The notes under the pieces are model-generated. The model worked only from the letters and a program-made list of their open reading frames with translations. It ran no database searches and had not been told where the DNA came from. Shown here in pieces: positions 44,509 to 59,049 of a stretch of DNA of 64,000 nt. The stretch is taken from NCBI RefSeq assembly GCF_009914755.1, contig NC_060929.1, one strand, 5' to 3'. Made by a program: the position numbers and the translations under genes. The first letter of the stretch is position 1. Each line of letters starts with the position of its first letter. The stretch comes from the human T2T-CHM13v2.0 reference genome, Homo sapiens.

Positions 44509-45524
44509 CTTTGTTGTTTTATCCACCTTTGGTCTTCGATGATGGTGACGTACAGATGGGGTTTTGGTGTGGATGTCCTTTCTGTTTGTTAGTTTTCCTT
44601 CTAATAGTCAGGACCCTCTGCTGCAGGTCTGTTGGAGTTTGCTGGAGGTCCACTTCATACCCTGTTTGCCTGGGTATCAGCAGCGGAGGCTGCAGAACAG
44701 TGAATATTGCTGAACAGCAAATGTTGCTGCCTGATCGTTCCTCTGGAAGCTTCACCTCAGAGGGGTACCCAGCCGTGTGAGGTGTTAGTCTGCCCCTACT
44801 GGGGGATTCCTCCCATTTAGGTTAGTCAGGGGTGAGGGACCCACTTGAGGAGGCAGGCTGTCCATTCTCAGATCTCAAAGACCATGCTGGGAGAACCACT
44901 ACTCTCTTCAAAGCTGTTAGACAGGGACATTTAAGTCTGCAGAGGTTTCTGCTGCCTTTTGTTTGGCCATGCCCTGCCCCCAGAGGTGGAGTCTACTGAG
45001 GCAGGCAGGCCTCCTTGAGCTGCAGTGGGTTCCACCCAGTTCGAGCTTCCTGGCCACTTTTTTACCTACTCAAGCCTCAGCAATGGCAGGTGCCCCTCCC
45101 CTAGCCTCACTGCTGCCTTGTAGTTCAATCTCAGACTGCTGTGCTAGCAATGAGCAAGGCTCTGTGGGCATGGGACCCTCTGAGCCAGGTGCGGGATATA
45201 ATCTCCTGGTGTGTCGTTTGCTAAGACCATTGGAAAAGCACAGTATTAGGGTGGGAGTGACCTGATTTTCCAGGTGCCATCTGTCACAGCTTCCCTTGGC
45301 TAGGAAAGGGAATTCCCTGACCCCTTGCACTTCCCAGATGAGGCGATGCTTTGCCCTGCTTCAGCTCACGCTCAGTGGGCTGCACCCACTGTCCTGCACC
45401 CACTGTCCAACAAGCCCCAGTGAGATGAACCCGGTACCTCAGTTGGAAATGCAGAAATCACCCGTCTTCTGCGTCGCTCACAGTGGGAGCTGTAGACTGG
45501 AGCTGTTCCTATTCAGCCATCTTC
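44509..45524 (-). promoter_or_regulatory. L1 5'UTR: internal sense promoter (minus strand) and antisense promoter (plus strand)
   Basis: Position upstream of ORF1; YY1 site at about 45516-45523; many CpGs decayed. Confidence 0.8.
45083..45265 (+). pseudogene. ORF0: L1 ORF0 (antisense ORF), 60 aa, prematurely stopped
   Basis: MAGAPPLASLLPCSSISDCCASNEQGSVGMGPSEPGAGY...IRVGVT* matches primate ORF0; TGA where ORF0 normally continues with R (CGA). Confidence 0.8.
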
Positions 45525-46322
45525 GGTGACACAGCTTTTATCAAAAAGAGTCAAGGGCCAATCCCAGCAGTCTGTCCTCAATAACTATGTCCTCAGCCAT
45601 TCCAATTCCTTTTAAAATTACCTAGCACCATCTTTAGGAAATAACATTGAATGCTTTGTAGAAATAGAAAACCTGGAGGAAATACAACAGAAATATAATA
45701 TTTTTGACTATGAACTATGTCTTATTCAACTTTGTATCATCCTTCCCTATTGTAGTGCTTGTTATTACCCATACACTATATTTAAAGCACACTAAAAATG
45801 CTTGTCCCAAAGACAGTCAAAGATGACTTTCTAGAGGAAGCAATGCCCAAACTAAGCCTTAAGAGAGATTTAAGATTCAGTCAGGCAAAGTTTTTACAAA
45901 TTTAAACTGTAGTATTCAGGATTAGTGAAAAATAGCATTTCTTTGCAAGATGAAAACTTAGAAAGTGAAAGAAATGAGGCTATAGAACTTCACAATAACA
46001 AGAATCACTCTGCTGAACACAGTGGGTCTCAAGGGGGCAATCTTCATTGTAAATATGGCTAATGGAGCCTTACTGTTTTCTGGGCAAGTGAACTTAAGTT
46101 CACACTTAAAAAAAAAAAAAACACCAGGTGCAGTGACTCACACCTGTAATCTTAGCACTTTGGGAGGCCAAACTGGACAGATTGCTTGAGCACAGAGTTC
46201 AAGACCAGTCTGGGCAACATAGGGAAACCTTGTCTCTACAAAAAATACATTTAAAAAAATCTAGCCAGGCGTGGTGACACGTGACTACAGTTCTGGCTGC
46301 TTGGGAGGCTGAGGTGGGAGGA

Positions 46323-48938
46323 TATATTTGTCCATTCTCACACTGTTATAAAGAAACTACCCAGGACTGGGTAATTTATAAAGGAAAGAGGTTTTATTGA
46401 CTCACAGTTCCACTTGGCTAAGGAGGCCTCAGGAAACTTATAATCATGGCAGAAGGGGAAGCAGACACATCTTACATGGCAGCAGGTGAGAGAGAGAGTG
46501 AAAAGCCCAGGGAAACTGCTATTTATAAAACCATCAGATCTCGTGAGAACTCCCTCACTATCATGAGAACAGCATGGAGGAAATCACCCCCATGATCCAA
46601 TCACCTCCCATCAGATCTCTCCCTCAACACCTGGGGATTACAATTCAAAATGAGATTTGGGTGGGGACACAGAGCCTTACCACATCATTCTGCCCCTGGC
46701 CCCTCACAAATCTCATGTCCCTTTCACATTTCAAAACCAATCATGCCTTCCCAACAGTCCCTCAAAGTATTAATTCATTCCAGAATTAACCCAAAAGTCC
46801 AAATTCGACGTCTCATCTGAGACAAGGCAAGTCGCTTCTGCCTATGAGCCTGTAAAATCAAAAGCAAGTTAGTTACTTCCAAGATACAATGGAGGTACAG
46901 GCATTGGATAAGTGCTCCCATTTATAATAGGATACATTGGCCAAAATAAAGGGGCTATAGGCCCCATGCAAGTCTGAAATCCAGCTCATGTGTCATTAAA
47001 TCCTAAAGCTCCTAAACAATCTCCTTTGACTCCATATCTCACATCCAGGGAATGATGATGCAAGGGGTGGACTCCCATGTCCTTGGGCAGCTCCACCTAT
47101 ATTAGTCTGTTTTCATGCTTCTGATAAAGACATGCCCAAGACCAGGTAATTTATAAAGAAAAAGAGGTTTAATGGTCTTACAGTTCCACTTGGCTGAGGA
47201 GGCCTCACAATCATGGTGAAAGGTAAAAGGCGCATCTTACATGGCAGCAGGTAAGAGAGAATGAGAGCCAAGTGGAAGGGGTTTCCCTTATAAAACCATC
47301 AGATCTCATATGATTTATTCACTATCACAGAATAGTATGAGGTAAATCACTCTCACTATTCAATTATCTCCCACTAGGTCCCTCCCACAACATGTGGGAA
47401 TTATAGGAGCTACAGTTCAAGATAAGATTTGGGTGAGAACACAGCCAAACCATATCCACACCCCTGTGGCTTTGCAGGATAAAGCCCCTCCTGGCCGCTT
47501 TCACAGCTGGCATTGAATGTCGGTGGCTTTTCCAAGAGCATGGTGAAAGTTGTCAGTGGATCTGCCATTCTGGGGTCTGGAGGATGGTAGCCCTCTTCTC
47601 ATAGCTGCACTAGGCAGTGTCCCAGTGGGGACCCTTTGTGGGGGCTCTGACCCCATATTTCCCTTCTGCACTGCCCTAGCAGAGGTTCTCCATGAGGGCT
47701 CTGGCCATGCAGTAAACTTCTTCTTGAACATCCAGGCATTTCCAGACATCCTCTGACTACAGGCAGAGGTTCCGAAACCTCAGTTCTTGAATGCTGTGCA
47801 CTTGCAGGCCCAACGTCATGTGGAATACACCAAGGCTTGGGACTTGCACCTCTGAATTGATGGGCCAAGCTGTATCTTGACCCCTTTAAGCCATGACTGA
47901 AGCTGGAGTATCTGGGAAAGAAAGCATCAAGTCCCAAGGCTGCACAGAGCAGGGGGATCCTGGGCCCAGCCTATGAAACCATTTTTCCCTCCTCAGCCTC
48001 CAGGCCTGTGATGGAAAGGGCTGCTGCCAAGATCTCTGACATACCCTGGAGACATTTTTCTCATTGTCCTGGTTATTAACACTTGACTCTCTGTTACTTA
48101 TGCAAATTTCTGCAACTGGCTTGAATTTCTCCCCAGAAAATGTTTTTTTTTCCTATCACATCATCAGGCTGCAAATTTTCCAAACTGTTATGCTATGCTT
48201 CCCTTCTAAACATAAGTTCCAGTTTCAGATTATCTCTCTCAAGTTCTGAGTTCCACAGATCTTTAGGGCAGGGGCAAAATGCCAACAGTCTCTTTACTAA
48301 AGCCTTAAAAAAGTGACCTTTACTCCAGTTCCCAATAAGTTCTTCTTCTCCATCTGATACCACCTCAGCCTGGACTTCATTGTCCATATCACTATCAGCA
48401 TTTTGGTCAGAACCATTCAACAAGTCTCTAGGAAATTCCAAACTTTCCCACATCTCCCTGTCGTCTTCTGAGCCCTCAAACTGTTCCAACCTCTGCCTGT
48501 TACCAAGTTCGAAGTCACTTCTATATTTTCAAGTATCTTTATAGCAGCACCCCACTATCTCAGTATCAATTTACTCTATTAGTCCTTTCTTATGCTGCTA
48601 TGAAGAAATACCCGAGACTAGGTAATTTATAAAGGAAAGAGGTTTTTTTGATTCACCATTCCTCATGGCTGGGGAGGCCTCAGGAAACTTACAACATGGC
48701 AGAAGGGGAAGCAGGCACATCTTACATGGCAGCAGGCAAGAGAGAGAGTGAAATGCTCAGGGGAAACTGCCATTTATAAAACCATCAGATCTCGTGAGAA
48801 CTCCCTAACTATCATGAAAACAGTCTGGGGGAAACTGTCCCCATGATCCAATCACCTCCCACCAAGTCTCTCTCTCAACACCTGGGAATTATAATTCAAG
48901 ATGGGATTTGGGCAGGAACACAAATCCTAACCATATCA
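46323..48938 (-). mobile_element. Full MaLR provirus (THE1D/MSTA-like): LTR 46323-46688, internal region, LTR about 48575-48938
   Basis: Two homologous LTRs around a THE1/MST-type internal region; perfect 5-bp TSD GAGGA at 46318-46322 and 48939-48943. Confidence 0.93.
47098..47457 (-). mobile_element. THE1B/C-like solo LTR inserted into the MaLR internal region
   Basis: TATATTAGTCTGTTTTCATGCTTCTGATAAAGACAT...CAGCCAAACCATATC; TSD CCACC / ACACC; host internal sequence resumes afterwards. Confidence 0.88.
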
Positions 48939-51169
48939 GAGGATCACCTGAGTCTGGGGAAGTCAAGTCTGCAGCATCATGATCACACCACTGCACTCCA
49001 GCCTGGGCAAGAGAGTGAGATCTTGCCTCAAAAAAGTTTTAAAAAATTAAAAAAAATAAATAAATAAGCAAGTGATAGGAAATGTTTGTCAGTCTCACAG
49101 TCTTGAAAGGTCTAGTCCTTGTTGGTTCTTGATTAAACAAAATCTGTTCTTTCCAGAGCCACATTCATTTTGGCCCTACAGTGACACAATGATAAAATCA
49201 AGTCCTGCTAGACAGAAGGTCACTTTTTCTAAGTCTTAGCACATATTAATGTAATAAATCTGGCTACCTGAGCACATAAGATTGCATACAGGCAAGATTC
49301 TTTTTTGCTGTAGTTATAATTATTATTATTTACCACAAAATGGCATAATTGTTTTTAAAAGTTTCCTTTGGTAGATATGTAAAAAGGATATATGTATTTG
49401 TATACTTTTTTTAAAAAATGTACTTCTTCTCTGTCCTCAAGGAAACACTTGTGTACTATATTGATGCTAGATATTTTCTAAAACATGCACACACCACATC
49501 AGTCTTTTGGTTGTTGCAATGCTTTAAAGAAGTTCATAGCATCTAGATTTCTTAGCCAGCCACTTACACAAAGTCTGTGGGGAAGCAAACTGAAAACTTA
49601 TGAAAGTCTATGAGTTGTATTTTGAAGTGCCAAAACCAAGGTGCCAAAAATACTTACTAAAACAAATACTGTGCCAAAAATACACACAAATTAAATTTAA
49701 GTTATAGAGAGTAACTCAGCAAGACACTTAAAGTTTCCAGTGGCTCATGGGTCTCAAATTACAGGCAGGCAGTAATGTGAGATTAGACATATTTTCTTTT
49801 CTAGTTTTCTGTTCAACATTGCTGTTTTATGAGCCAAGTAATATGTACTGGGGACTATAAAAATTTTGGTGATAATGAAATGAGAAAATAAAGTATGTGG
49901 GAACTACATTGGCTTGTCTTATACAAAGATGGTCTACGAGGCCAACATTGATAGAAGACATGAAATATCCCTCAGGACCTCCCTGTTAATAAGCTATCAT
50001 GACTGTTATTGCCACCTTAGCCACCCAACTATGACAGAAGACCAGCCTTCACTTGAGCATCTATGTCCAGAGTTTATGGCCTTGCCTTGGAAGTCCTCAA
50101 CCTGGCTCAAGTCTACTCTGACTGCTGTGTACCTGAAGTAGAAAGAAGAAAGCCACTCAGTTTATATCTAATATCAATACCTCTAAAGTTGATATCAGTT
50201 AACAAAAATCTCCCAAACATAAAGCCCTGCCACTATTCTCAGCTCTAGCCTGCAAGGAGACTTCTGGTGAACTGTGAAAGTTCCTAGAAGAACTTTGAAA
50301 TTTAGTTCTTTTGAGCTTGGTTGCCAACTAAAGACTTTAACCTCCAGTTTGTTGAGTGATTTTAGAGTAACCATCTTTTAGGTGGAGTTTATGGTCCTGG
50401 GAAATCAATGGATGGCTGTAAGTGGGTCTATGAACTCCTGAAAATATAAGCAACATGGGCGGGCCTGCATGTGCACTCATGCACATGCAATTTTCTGGGA
50501 ATTCTCAAAGGAATCTATGTTCAAGAAATTTGTAAGACCTGTGGCTCTCTAGACTCTAGCATAATTCATCTTGTTCAAGAATCCTAGACGGTCATTGAGT
50601 ATTGAGTAATCATCTAGCACATTACGCATTGGGGAGTAATTGCATTCAGATAGTTCTCAGAAGTTAAGGATGATGGCCAGATCAACACCAAAACTAGTGT
50701 CAAGAGCTATACCTAAAATACAATAGCATACCAGGAATTACTAGGCTAATTTCTGCGGTACTTCCACTGATATTAGAAATGAGGTAGAGAGTAAACAAAT
50801 TTGTTGAATTTCTCATCTGGTTTCCACCTACTTATGTTGTGTAAAACATTAATGGACAGTGGCCACCTCCCAAACTCTTCTTCACAAAGGATGTAAATAA
50901 TCATCATCCTAAAACATAGATCCGACAGAATGATATACCCCTCTTGAAAATGTGCAATCATGGATTACTGATGTCTGCAATGAGAAGCCGAGCCCATGGC
51001 TCAAGGTGCTTCACGGTCTGTTTCTGCCGTTTCTTCAGCCAGATCTCTCATCACTTCCAATCTGACACCCAGTTATGCCAGACCAAAATATTTAATGCAT
51101 TTATAGTACCATGCCCTGTGATTCTGTACATAGCACAGCCCTCCTTGAAAGGCCCTTCACCTCATAAAC

Positions 51170-51407
51170 TTCCACTCATTCTTTAAGACACAACATAGGA
51201 AGGTTTACTTGAATTTTCTCATACAGTGACCCTTCCCTTGTACCTCAACTTCTATCTGCCCCTATATGCTCTCATCATACTGCACTGTATAGACACCTGC
51301 CTCCCTATTAAATTGTGAGCTCCTTGAATTCAAAAACTGTTATTCATCCATTGGTCCCCATTGTCTGGTACACGAGTGGGGACCATTCAATATTTGGTGA
51401 ATTGAAT
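51170..51407 (+). mobile_element. L2 3' end
   Basis: TAAATTGTGAGCTCCTTGA...CAATATTTGGTGAATTGAAT. Confidence 0.6.
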
Positions 51408-52084
51408 ATTCTGTGGGTCTAGGCAAACAAGGGAGGGAGGCCAAAGGGCCAAGTAGCATGAGAATGAACAAGTCGTTTAAGTGGGTGACACAGACCAGTA
51501 TTTCAGTCTCTGATTCTGGGACAGAGGTTGTTTATAATCCTCCCTAACTATATGATTTCCTAATATGGGATGATGAGCATAGGATGGAAAAATGGCAGGA
51601 CACTTGGGTGGGTGTTTGCATCTATGAAGTACTGGTATCGTCCAGGTGAACTCCAGGTACAAAAACTGGATATCTGAAAACTTCTTTTAGTATACGTGTT
51701 AAGGACAGCATCCTTTTCTTATTTTCAAACCTACACTTTCACCTCCCTTTCCCATCTTAGTAAGCATTATTTTGGACCCCAACATAGTTTGAGTACCGGA
51801 AGGAGGGAGAGTAAAAAGGGGAGCATAGAAGTTCTTTCTTGACTGTCCCATTTGTAAGGTGGCTTCATAGTCTCTGAAGATCTGCCCCGTGCATATTTAA
51901 AGATGACCTCTACTCTCTTGGGCATTTCATGTCTTCTCTTGCAGTCCCATCTGGGAGCTCATTACTGTACTGCTGGGCTGCAGGGGATGCATCTCCCTCT
52001 GGTTGCTGCTCAGCCTCCGTCCCTATTTTTTCAGCATTTCATCCCACACAGACTACTGTGATCCCATGGCCTTTCCAGACAGTA

Positions 52085-52712
<628 letters not shown>

Positions 52713-54145
52713 AGAACTGTTAAACAAGATATAAAAGAGCCTCAGTCCAGCTCTCTCTACCTGCCCCACATCAGGTTTGTAAGAAAGCTCAGGGCTTCCT
52801 GCTGCCCACCATTGTGAGAGTGTGGCTAGTTCCTTTCCTTCTGCCACCTCTCGCCTTAGTCACAGATTTTTGACCTTAAGCTCCTCATGCTATGTCAAAT
52901 GAGGAATTGTTAACTCCACTGTGGCAACATTCAACTCTATGTCCTCCTAACCACTAGGGACGTGTAGTAAGACCTTCAGGGGCTTCCTTAAGCCCCTCTC
53001 ACCCATCCAGAGGTGAGGGACAGAAAATCTCCATGCTTCCTCCTTGAAGCGGGACCAGGCATCATAGCATTTGGCTCCCTCCAAAGAAATCTGCCTTCAC
53101 AATTCCCTCTCTTCTTTCCCTCATATTTGCTCCTCTGAAACGCAACACCTATTGTAATATCTCAGTATTTCGGTTACAGGTTTCAATGTAACATCTTACT
53201 ATAATGTAACATTATAGTAAGAACCTAAGTGTTGCTGTGAGAAATTGGTAACAGAATCCAGTAAAGCACTTAGCACAGTGTTTACAAAGCCCTTTAGGAG
53301 TAACAACGTCATTATCACTCCTGATATAAACACTGTTACTTTGAAATAGGCTACCACTTTTAAAATCTGTGTAGGCATCTCCTTTTTAGATTTCTTACAG
53401 ATTTTTCTTTCCTTTAGGGAAGTATATTGTAGTCTCTGGTATACTTGAAAGAACATTTGCCAACTTAAAAGGAACAAGGCTTTATTTCAAACTTTCAGCT
53501 GTCGATTTAGATAAGTGTTGACATGAAGGATGCTTTTGGTAGGACTAAGCATTTTAAAGGAGGTGGCATTGGCTTCATTTATATGTATAATGAAACTTCT
53601 TTCAGTCTGACCTCAAAACTTCCTAATTTAGCTTAAACTAATATTTGCATACAAGACAATATGTTTTATTGAAGGTGAGGGGCATTTGCAGCAATATAGC
53701 AAGAACGCTTCCCACTAAAAGAACATAGAAATTCTGCGTAGAGTAGAACAGAAAGCATTTTTTTCCATAAATAACTGAGGTTGAATAAAAATGGAAATCA
53801 CAGTGTACTAGAAAATAAAAAGGCAATACAGTGATTTTAACTGACATTGTAGAGGCTCAGGGAGGGTATCAGACTGGAAGAGGACTCTGGTGGAGCCTGT
53901 GGCTTAGGGAACCTGGAAGGAGGCTAGAGGTTTCATAACCACAAAAAGCCTGTGGGAATGTCACACAGTCTATGTAAAGCAGATAGCTGGTAATGAGATC
54001 TCTGCTTTTTGTAAACATACATGGGACATTAACTAATATTGACCGTATGCTAGGCTGGCCATCAAGCAACTCTCAATGAATTTCAAAGTATTTAAATTTT
54101 ACAGAATACGTTCTCTGAATACAGCAGAATTAGGCTAGAAATTTA

Positions 54146-54146
<1 letters not shown>

Positions 54147-54187
<41 letters not shown>
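54147..54187. repeat. (CA)n microsatellite
   Basis: Seen directly. Confidence 0.95.
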
Positions 54188-54190
<3 letters not shown>

Positions 54191-55305
54191 TATGGAATCC
54201 TCATATTTTTTCAGTAATAAGAAAAAAAAAGCTTCTAAATCATCAGTGGGTCAAAGATGAAATCACAAGAGAAATTGGACAATATTTTTAAATGAATGGT
54301 AATAAAATGCTACATATCAAGTCTTGCAGCTAAAATATTGCTTAGAGAGAAATGTATAGCCCCAAGTTTAGAATATTAAATATTTAAAATATTAGAAAAC
54401 AAGAAAAGTGAAACAACAATTAGCTAATTATCCCTTAGGAGATAGCTGGAAAATGAATAGGAAATTAAACCCAAAGACAGAAAAGAAAGGAAATAATAAA
54501 GACAGTTTTTATACAACAATGACTAATTCAGCTTGTATTAAAACAAATGTTAACAATACACAATACCATAGGATGAACCAGGTAAACAAATAAAATATAA
54601 AACAAACATATAATAGAATTAGCAAAGCCAAAAGTCAGTTCTTTGACTGACTTTTTATTTGACTAATAAAATTGAAAAATTCCTGTCAAAACTACCAAGA
54701 AAAAAATGAGAAAAATAACACATCACCAACATCAAGAATGAAAAGAAGAGGATATTATTATAGATCCTGCAAATATTTTAAAAATTAAAACTGGACAACA
54801 TGTTCCCTTGATATGATGTGATGAGAATGGCATTTAGCCTCTCTGGTCTTCCTCTTAAAAACAAGTAACTTCAGTCCAACCATGAGAAAAACATTAGAAA
54901 ATCCAAATTAAGTAATATTCTGCAAAAGGCCTGACCAGTACTCTTCAAAACTGTCAAGGTCATCGAAAACAAGGAAAGTCTAAGAAAGCAGAGATTTGGC
55001 AACTAAATGTAATGTAATACTCGATGAAATCTTTAAACAGAAAAAAAGGCGTTAGTCATACAATACATTAACAACACTGTGTTGTATACTTAAAATTTTG
55101 TTAAGAGAGTAGCTCTGATGTTAAATGTTCTTACTACCAGAAAACAAAAGAAAAGAAAGGGAGAAAACTTTTAGGAGTGATGGCCTTGTCTATGGCCTTG
55201 TTTACGGTAAGGGTTACACAGGTGTATACTTGTCTTTGAACACATTAGTAAGTATACATTTAATATGCACACATTTTTATATGCCAAGTCATACCTCAAT
55301 TTTTA

Positions 55306-55657
<352 letters not shown>

Positions 55658-56764
55658 CTAATGAAATTTAAATATAGTATGGAGTTTAGTTAATGAAAAT
55701 GTGTCAATATTGGCTAATTGGGGATGACAAATGTACCATAATAACATAAATTTTTAGCGATGGGGGAAGTGAGGATGAAGTATTATGGGAAATCTCTGTA
55801 CTAGCTTTTCAACTTTTTTGTCAATCTAAACTATTTTAAAATAATAGCTTTATTTAGTAAAATATTATAAGTGGATATTATTAACATTATATTATGAATA
55901 TAATGTCAATAAATTATAAATTTAAATAAGCTGGACAAATTCCTATAAAAGCATAAATTACAGAAATTGACATAAGGAGAAATAGAATGTATGAATAGTC
56001 ATATAACATAACTATTTTAAATATTAAATTTATCATTTAAAACCTTCCTACTAAAACCTTTGGCCCAGAGAACTTCATTGGTGAATTGTAACAAATACTA
56101 AAGAAAGAATGCCAGTGTTGCACAAACTGTTCCAGAGAATTTAAATGGAGAGAATAGTTTTTAACTCTTTTTCATTCTACATAATTTGACGTGAACATTA
56201 CAAAAAGGATAACTGTAGGCCCACTTCACTAATAATAGACACAATAATCTTATATGTTAGCAAACTGAACTCAGAAATATAGAAAAAGGTTGATGCAATA
56301 TAACACAACCAAGCTGAGTTTATTTCAAGAATGAAAAGTTGGTTTAAAATTTGAAAATCATTCTGTATAACTCTTCACATTAACAGGATAAAGAAGACAA
56401 AACTGCAAACATCTCAATAAATTCAGAAAATCTCCTGTTTATATTAATAATAAAAATTATTAGCAAATAGGAATAGAGGGGAGTTTCCTTAATCTGATAG
56501 CATAATTATATATATATAAATTAAGACATCTATATATAAAATATTAGAATTAATAAGTTTGCAAGGTCAGTGGATACAAGATCAATATGCAATTATATTT
56601 TTGTGGGACAAGAACAAGCAATTAGAAAATTAAAAAAATTAAAGATACTATATTTAATATAGTCAAAATTCCTAAATACGTTAAAACAGACATAGTGAAA
56701 GATATAATAAATGTCCTGTGCACAGAAGTTTTACAATATTATTGAAGGAAATTAAAGAAAACTC

Positions 56765-57635
56765 CTTGAATCCATCTGGGATCAATTTTGGCATAAAATG
56801 TGAGGTAAAGATTTAATTTAATTTTGTCCAATTAGTGAAAAAAACTGTTTTAGCATAAACTGGATATTCCTTTGCTGATTTGAAATGTCACATTTCACAT
56901 GCCCTAAGATTTTGTTTATTCTTGAGGCTGTTTCTGGGCTTTTTCCACTGGTTAGTCTAATATTATAAATACTCAAAACTAGTATAGATTTTAGTATAGC
57001 TAACAACTAGTATAGATGTTAGAAAACAAAATTTCAAGCAATTTAGTTTAATGATCTAATTGACTTTCATTAGTGATTCATGAATTGGTCAACATTCCAT
57101 CTTAAAAAAAGAAAAAGGTTCATTGAGCATGGCAAAATAATTGGTTTTTGTAAGGTGGCTTCAACAGGAACAAGGAAACAGCATAATACAAAAAAGTGGA
57201 TGAGTTAACATCAGGTTACTTCAGATTACTTTTCTTCTAGGGATAAAGCAGAGGGGACATCCTTCTCATGCCAGCTTAGGCTGACTGAGTCCTTCCCAAC
57301 TGGTTAATCTTAATCTCCTGAGGTTGTTTGTTTGTATGTTTGCTTGTTTTGTAAAAACTGTCCTGTTTGCAGTTTTTTCTTTTTTTGTTTGTTTGTTTAA
57401 GTTTCAGTTTGACTTTATAGCACTTAACATGAGTAACTCCATTATGGTTTGTCTGTTGGGGCCTTCTTCAGAAGCTCAGCCCAAAACAATGGCTTCCCAT
57501 AAATTTTATTTAGCATAGCTTTATAATATGTTTCATTATCCAAGAAGACAATTCCATCATTACCGCATTTTTTAACTTCTTGGCTATTTCTGTTTGTTTG
57601 TTCTTTGAAATGAGCTTTATAATACTCTAGTTGTT
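56765..57635 (-). mobile_element. Old L1 ORF2 fragment in opposite orientation, split by an LTR
   Basis: AATCCATCTGGGATCAATTTTGG...TGAAATGAGCTTTATAATA parallels 40555-40925 of the younger minus-strand L1. Confidence 0.55.
57017..57515 (-). mobile_element. ERV1 (MER4-group, MER67-like) solo LTR
   Basis: TG...CA termini; right end reverse-complements to TGCTAAATAAAATTTATGGGAAGCCATTGTTTTGGGCTGAGC; flanks TAGA / TAGC. Confidence 0.65.
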
Positions 57636-57807
57636 TTGAGAATTGTTTACAATTCTCAAACTACCAGAGTATTTTTTTTTAATTGGAAATGAAAAAAATC
57701 CTGTCAGGAAACCTGAAGAGGGAAGAATTTGAGGCTTATGTATGATGTTGAATCAGTAATATATAGTATAACTTGCTATTCTTGGAAACTCAATATGAGC
57801 CATGTTA

Positions 57808-58148
<341 letters not shown>

Positions 58149-58204
58149 CGAAATCTTTTTTTGTAATAAGAACCTTAACTAATTCATACAGGGTTTTTAT
58201 TTAG

Positions 58205-58385
58205 AAAGTCCTAGATTCAAATCATAGCTCTGTTGCTTTCTACCTACATGACCATGGAATATGTAAGCAATCTTTCTAAGCTTCAATTTCCTCATAGAAA
58301 ATTCTTTTTATTTTTTTCTGAGAATTAAAAGAGACTGTATACAAAGTTCTTAGCAACTCAAATTATACTAGTTGCCATTGTTTTT
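58205..58385 (+). mobile_element. MIR
   Basis: CCTAGATTCAAATCATAGCTCTG...GCTTCAATTTCCTCAT. Confidence 0.65.
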
Positions 58386-58430
58386 ACTTTTATTCTCTAC
58401 AACATCAGTTCAACTTATTTTACAAGAAGG

Positions 58431-58896
58431 TGTCAAAGGCATTGGAACTGGATAAGGTTCGACCTGCTGGGTTACATTCCCAGGACGCTAGGCATTCTTG
58501 ATCACAAGATGTTTATGGTTGAGGGAACAAGTTAACAGAAAAAGACATTCTTAGTTTGAAAGCAGGTTTCACTTTAAAGATAACAGTACACACATAAATT
58601 CTTGCTGAAATTAATAATTACACAAAAGAATAATAATACTAATAGTCTGTCACAAGCTGATCACAAGCCTTTATGATAAAGTATACTATGCTTAGCCCTA
58701 ATACACTATGTAATAAACAAGCATTAAGTTTGAGGTAGGAGCGTTCCTCCTCTTGCTTTCTGAAGACACCCTACCCAGTAGTTTCTAATAAACTATTTTA
58801 ACTTTACAATAGTCTGTGACTCACCCTGAATTATTTCCTGTGCATGATCTAAAAACCCACTTGTGGTGTCTGGGACAAGACCCCTTTCCAGTAACA
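58431..58896 (+). mobile_element. MER41-family ERV1 solo LTR
   Basis: TGTCAAAGGCATTGGAAC...CATTCCCAGGACGCTAGGCATTCTT...ACCCCTTTCCAGTAACA; perfect 4-bp TSD AAGG at 58427-58430 and 58897-58900. Confidence 0.85.
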
Positions 58897-59049
58897 AAGG
58901 CACTCAATAAATGTTTGGCAAATTGTGTGAATGCGTATATTTTGCTCAGTGACATTTGACATACGAAATTAAAATTCTCTTTACTCCACTTGCAGTTATA
59001 CTGAAAACATTTCAGGGAATGAGCCATGTGCTTTCTTGATAGCCTAAAG

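Larger units (their letters stand above)
46122..49066 (+). mobile_element. AluJ split into 46122-46322 and 48939-49066 by a MaLR provirus
   Basis: Right arm breaks at GAGGTGGGAGGA and resumes GAGGATCACCTGAG...CACTCCAGCCTGGGC plus an A tail. Confidence 0.9.

Noticed and set aside
47501-48489. ORFs in the MaLR internal region
   Set aside because: Decayed THE1/MST internal ORF remnants; MaLRs are non-autonomous
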